From positions 160,001 to 224,000 of the forward strand of contig CBDBCR010000003.1 of NCBI GenBank assembly GCA_965203465.1: a DNA stretch of 64,000 bases, written 5' to 3'. Origin of the DNA: Nitrosopumilaceae archaeon (lineage in GTDB: Archaea; Thermoproteota; Nitrososphaeria; Nitrososphaerales; Nitrosopumilaceae). Shown here one piece after another: positions 58,957 through 64,000 of this stretch (position 1 is its first letter; every line of letters starts with the position of its first letter). The position numbers and the translations under genes were made by a program. The notes beneath the pieces are model-generated. The model saw only the letters and a program-made list of their open reading frames with translations, made no database searches and was not told the DNA's origin.

Positions 58957-61900
58957 CTAGCCGTACTGGCCGTCAGGCGTCCCGGAGCCGACCCGCGCGA
59001 CGAACGCGGGGCGGATTTCCGACATGATGTGGACGGCGCCCGTGCGCTCGTGAAAGGGCGCGCCCACCGCGATCTCGGCGGCCCCGTCACCGTCGATGTC
59101 CGCCAGGGCGGCGACCGCGTCGCCGAACGTGGAGTCGGCGCCGAGCCTCAGCCCCGCCACGGTCGTCCCGTCTACAATATGCGCGCCCTTGACCGACCCG
59201 TCCTGGTTCAAGAGCAACACGTACGCAGAGCCCGCGCCCGGCGCGCCCACCAGCAGATCCTCCACCCCGTCGCGGTCCATGTCCCCCGCCGCGCCCAGGG
59301 AAGTGCCAAACTGCGCCTGATCGGCCAAGATCGGCACGTTCGGCGTGGAGGGGTTGATCTCGGCCGTGCGCTTCACTGTGCCGTCGGGATTTAGGTACAG
59401 TATGTGGACCGCGCCGGAGTTGGTCAGATCCCCATCGTCGTCTCCCAACGCGCCGACGGCCAAGTCGGCCACCCCGTCGCGGTCCAGATCGCCGAGCGTG
59501 GTAAGGGACGAGCCGAAAAAGTCGCCGCTCGTAAGCTGCGGGCCGTTGGCGGTGGAGGGGTTTATCTCGGCGGTCCTTTTCACGGTGCCGTCCGGATTGA
59601 GGTACAGTATGTGGACCGCGCCGGCAAGCGGGTACCCGCGGGTGGCCCTGTCGGCCCCCGCCGCGAGATCGGGCACCCCGTCTCGGTCGAGATCCCCGAC
59701 GGCCGCAAGCGACGATCCGAACCCGTCGCCGACTGCCAGCACCGGGCCGTTTTCGATCGAGGAGTCGATCTCCACCGTCCTTTTCACGGTTCCGGTGGAT
59801 GTCATGAGGAACAGGTGAACCTCGCCGGTGACCGTGCTGCTCCTCATGCCAGGCTGCCCGGTCCTGATGCTAAAGCCGGACGCGCCGGCCGCGATGTCCG
59901 CGGCTCCGTCGCCGTCGACGTCCCCCACCAGAGCTACCGACGAGCCCAGCGCGTCGGCCAGTCCTAGCTGCGGCCCGTTGGCGGTCGACGCGTTGATCTC
60001 TGCCGTGTTCTTCACGGTGCCGTCCGAGTTGAGGTACAGCAGGCGGACGGCGCCGACGCTCGAGGCGCCCTCGTCGTCTCCGGGCACCCCCACCGCGACG
60101 TCCGCCGTCCCGTCGCGGTCCATGTCCCCCAGCGAGGCGACGGACAGGCCGAAAGCGTCGGCGCGGGCGCCCCCCGAGTTGTCCAAGGTCGCAAAAGACG
60201 CCATCGTGCCGTTCCACAGCGGGGCCCTCGCCCCGAGGCGCACGACATGGACCGCGCCGACATCCGGGGCGCCCGCGTCGTCGCCCGGCGCCCCGGCGGC
60301 CAGGTCCGGCGCGCCGTCGCGATCCAAGTCCCCCACCATGGACAGCGACGAGCCGAACGCGTCGCCGGCGGCCAGCGAAGGTCCGTTGGCGGTCGACGCG
60401 TTGAACTCGATCGTCCGCTTCACGGTGCCGTCCGAATTGAGGTGCAGCAGGTGCACGGCGCCGGCGCGCGAGCCGCCCTCGTCGTCGCCCGGCGCCCCGG
60501 CGGCCAGGTCGGCCACGCCGTCGCGATCCAAGTCCCCGATCGCGGCCAGCGAGGAGCCGAACCCGTCGCCGCCCGCCAGCAAAGGTCCGTTGGCGGCCGA
60601 GGCGCCGATCTCTGCCGTCCTCTTTACCGTCCCGTCCGAATTGAAGTACAGCAGGTGGACCGCGCCGGCGTCCGCCGCTCCCCCGTCGTCGCCCGGCGCC
60701 CCGGCGGCCAGGTCGGCCACGCCGTCGCGATCCAAGTCCCCGATCGCGGCCAGCGACGAGCCGAACCCGTCGCCGCCTGCCAGTAAAGGTCCGTTGGCGG
60801 TCGACGCGTTGATCTCGATCGTCCGCTTCACGGTGCCGTCCGAATTGAGGTACAGCAGGTGCACGGCGCCCGCGTCGGGCGCCCCCCCGTCGTCGCCCGG
60901 CGCCCCGACGGCCAGGTCCGGCACGCCGTCGTAGTCCAGATCCCCCACCGCGGCCAGAGACGAGCCGAACGCGTCGCCGCCCGCCAGCGAAGGCCCGTTG
61001 GCGGTCGAGGCGTTGATCTCGATCGTGCGTTTGACGGTGCCGGTGGAGGTCAAGAGGAGCAGGTGGACGGCGCCCGCGTCGGGCGCCCCCTCGTCGCCGC
61101 CCGGCGCCCCCGCGGCCAGGTCGGCCACGCCGTCGCGATCCAAGTCCCCGATCGCGGCCAGCGACGAGCCGAACGCGTCGCCGGCGCGCAGCCGCGGCCC
61201 GTCCGCTGTACGGGCGTTGATCTCGTACGCCCGCTTTTCGGTGCCCGTAGACGTCATGAGCAGGAGGTGCACGGCGCCGGCGCGCGAGCCGCCCTCGTCG
61301 TCGCCAGGCGCCCCGGCGGCCAGGTCGGCCACGCCGTCGCGATCCAAGTCCCCGATCGCGGCCAGCGAGGTGCCGAACCCGTCGAATTCTTGCAGGCGCG
61401 CGCCCTCGGGCGTCAGGGCGTTTACCTCGGCGGCGCGCCTTACCGAGGCGTCCGGGTTCATGTACAGCACGTGGACCGTGCCGGCGTTGCTGCCGCCCGC
61501 GTCGTCCAAAATCGCCCCCGCCGCCAGGTCGGCCGTGCCGTCCCCGTCCAGATCCGCCGCCGCGATCGACGAGCCGAACCTGTCGAATTGGCCCAGATCC
61601 GGCCCGTTGGCGGAAGAGTCGCTGATCGCCGAAGCGCTCTTTACTGTGCCGTCCGGGTTCATGTACAGCAGGTGGACTGCGCCGCCGCGCACCGTCCCGC
61701 TGTCAAAGACCGCCCCCGCGGCCAGGTCCGGCGTCCCGTCCCCGTCGAAGTCCCCGACGGCGGCAAGCGAGGTGCCGAAATAGTCGTCTCTTGCAAGCGG
61801 CGGGCCGTTGGGGGTCGAGGCGTTGATCTCTACAGTCCTCTTTACTGTGCCGTCCGGGTTCATGTACAGCACGTGGACCGCGCCGGCGCGCGAGCCGCCC

Positions 61901-63076
61901 TCGTCGTCGCCGTAGGCCCCGACCGCCAAGTCTTCGGTCCCGTCCCCGTCCAGATCCAGGGCGGCAAGCGACGTGCCGAAATTGTCGTCTGCCGCAAGCG
62001 ACGGGCCGTTGGGGGTCGAGGCGTTGATCTCTACAGTCCTCTTCACTGTGCCGTCCTGGTTCATGTACAGCACGTGGACCGCGCCGGTGCCGGTGCCGCC
62101 CTCGTCGTCGTCGTCCGCCCCGACCGCCAGATCTTTTGTTCCGTCGCCGTCCAGATCCAAGGCCGCCAGCGACCAGCCGAAACGGTCGCCATGTAAGAGC
62201 GAAGGCCCGTTCGGGGTCGAGGCGTTGATCTCTACAGTCCTCTTTACTGTGCCGTCCGAATTGAGGTACAGCAGGTGGACCGCGCCGGCGTTCTCGGCGC
62301 CCGCGTCGTCGTTCTGCGCCCCGACGGCCAGTTCCGTCACCCCGTCGCCGTCCAGGTCCCCGAGCGCGGCAAGCGACCTGCCGAAATTGTCGTTTGTCGC
62401 AAACGACGGGCCGTTGGGGGTCGAGGCGTTGATCTCGGCTGCCCGCTTTACCGTGCCGTCCGGATTGAGGAACAGCACGTGTACCGCGCCGGCGGCCGAC
62501 CCGCTCACGTCGTCACCGATGGCGCCCACCGCCATGTCCGGCGCGCCGTCGCCGTCCAGGTCCCCGAGCGCGGCGGCAGACGAGCCGAACTCGTCGTTGG
62601 CCGCTATCACCGGCATGCCCCCGAAAGCGTTGATCTCCGAGGCACGGAGCGGGTACGCGTAGTTGCGCGCCAGCGCCTCGCTCCCCCCGAATTGGAGCAG
62701 CAGCGCGTGGGGGCCCGGCGTGTTGACGCGCACGGCAAGCTCGGACACGCCTCCGCCCCCGTACCCCGCAAAGACGAGCCTGTCACCGTCGCGCGCGGGG
62801 GCCGCGTCCCGCCCGCCCGCGTCGCGCAGCCACGCGAACGAGACGTCGCCCGTCTCCCCCACGACGGTGCCCTCGGCGCCCGACACGGCTAGGTCGTGCG
62901 CGCCCCGCACCTCGAACCGCACTGTCCACAGGCCGCCCACCTCGGGGTACGACTGCTGGTTGAGCACAGTTATGCCGTCCGCGTAGGCTGCCGGTGCCGC
63001 GCACGCGAAAAGCGCGGCAAAGACGGCGAGCCTAAAAGACAGCCCCCCCCCCCCCGCGATGCCGGGCGCGAGTCAT
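58957..63076 (-). CDS. FG-GAP (integrin alpha-like) repeat surface protein, N-terminal half; ATG 63076 is out of frame via poly-G13, and the ORF ends at an in-frame TAG
   Basis: Many FGxSLAAxGDLDxDGxxDLAxGAPGDD...AGAVHLL repeats; in-frame signal peptide LSFRLAVFAALFACAAPAAYA upstream of GTG 62967. Confidence 0.85.
63043..63055 (-). repeat. Poly-G13 tract between start codon and signal peptide
   Basis: C13 on the + strand. Confidence 0.9.
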
Positions 63077-63295
63077 GGCCGGCATCGTCGAAAGTCGCGG
63101 GCAGAGATCCAGCACTGCGCTCTGGCGTCATTCTCGTCGGCGTGCGAAATCCCGGGCTTCCTTTTATAGACATATCCGGGGCCGGCGCGCCCCTAACGCG
63201 GATCCCGGCCGGGCGCGATCGGTCAGTCCCCGACGGAGCGGCCTTGGATCCGCATTTTTCAAAACCGACTTATTGGACTGCCCCCGCGCCGCCCC

Positions 63296-64000
63296 GTGTA
63301 CTTGGACTGGAACGGCGCCATGGCCGACCTTGCGAGGGCGCGCGACGCGGGGCTCTTCGCCCTCATCATAGGCCCAAAGGGGACCGGCAAGACCACGCTG
63401 GTGCGCGACTTTGCGGAGCGGTCCGGCGCCGCCCTCCAGACGGTCAATTTCAGCCTCAGGACGCGCGAGAGCCACCTCGTCGGCGCAAAGACCCTCGAGG
63501 GCGGCTCGGTCGGGTTCGACGACGGGGTGCTGGTGCGCTCCATGAAGGGCGGCGGGATGCTGTACCTCGACGAGATCAACGCGGCCGAGGCGGACGTGCT
63601 GGTCCGGCTCGACGAGGCCCTCGACGACAGGCGCCAGATAGTGCTGAAAGAATCGTCGGGCGAGACGGTGCGCGCGGCGGACGGGTGGTTCGTCGTCGGC
63701 ACCATAAACCCGCTCACGCACGCGGGCACCAAAGAGCTGCCGCCCCAGGTGCTCAGCCGCTTTCCCGTCCGCATAAGGCTAGAGTACCCCCCGCCAGACG
63801 TCGAGGCGCAGATAGTAGAGAGGCACGCCCCCGGCGCCGACCCCGAGCAGGCCTCGCGCGGCATCGCCCTGGCCGGCACCCTCAGGGAGGCCGCCGGCGT
63901 CGAGGAGCTGGAATACTCGCCCAGCCTCAGGGAGACCATATCCTTCGCAAAGCTTGTCTCGGGCGGCCTGCCCGAAAAGGAGGCGGCCATGCTGGTCTTC
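63296..64000 (+). CDS. MoxR/CbbQ/NirQ-type AAA+ ATPase, running off the window
   Basis: VYLDWNG..., Walker A GPKGTGKT, Walker B LYLDEIN, GTINP, LSRFP, SPSLRE; not in the ORF track. Confidence 0.9.
   Translation, partial: MYLDWNGAMADLARARDAGLFALIIGPKGTGKTTLVRDFAERSGAALQTVNFSLRTRESHLVGAKTLEGGSVGFDDGVLVRSMKGGGMLYLDEINAAEADVLVRLDEALDDRRQIVLKESSGETVRAADGWFVVGTINPLTHAGTKELPPQVLSRFPVRIRLEYPPPDVEAQIVERHAPGADPEQASRGIALAGTLREAAGVEELEYSPSLRETISFAKLVSGGLPEKEAAMLVF

Noticed and set aside
58957-58959. Pyrrolysine recoding of the amber stop
   Set aside because: No pyl genes seen, and TAG is used as an ordinary stop by many genes here (hemA, sufB, rps30e).

Overview
High-GC archaeal DNA, most consistent with a Nitrosopumilaceae (Nitrososphaerota/Thaumarchaeota) genome. 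Markers are S30e/S27e/L44e, PurP, FBP aldolase/phosphatase, class II HMG-CoA reductase, geranylgeranyl reductase and thaumarchaeal-type secreted proteins. A host-associated lineage is inferred from the giant repeat surface proteins. The core genes are an ABC exporter, the tetrapyrrole cluster (sirC-hemA // hemL-hemC-cobA-hemD, with no hemB), sufB-sufD-Rieske-sufS-sufU, pgk, fbp-purP, an FTR1 iron permease and adenine deaminase. Several visibly lower-GC islands interrupt them: (i) an AAA ATPase plus a PD-(D/E)XK-like protein; (ii) a coupled operon of a COMMD-like protein, a DUF5678-like protein and a retropepsin, between hemA and hemL; (iii) a bacterial-type ubiquitination operon (Ubl, frameshifted E2, JAB-E1 fusion) beside a Panacea antitoxin and a decayed MarR; (iv) an intact and a decayed HEPN toxin-antitoxin-like pair. 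Both giant surface-protein genes have a poly-G tract at the 5' end, suggesting phase variation. The FG-GAP gene is also split by an in-frame amber stop. All family calls are by-eye motif recognition; no database search was run.
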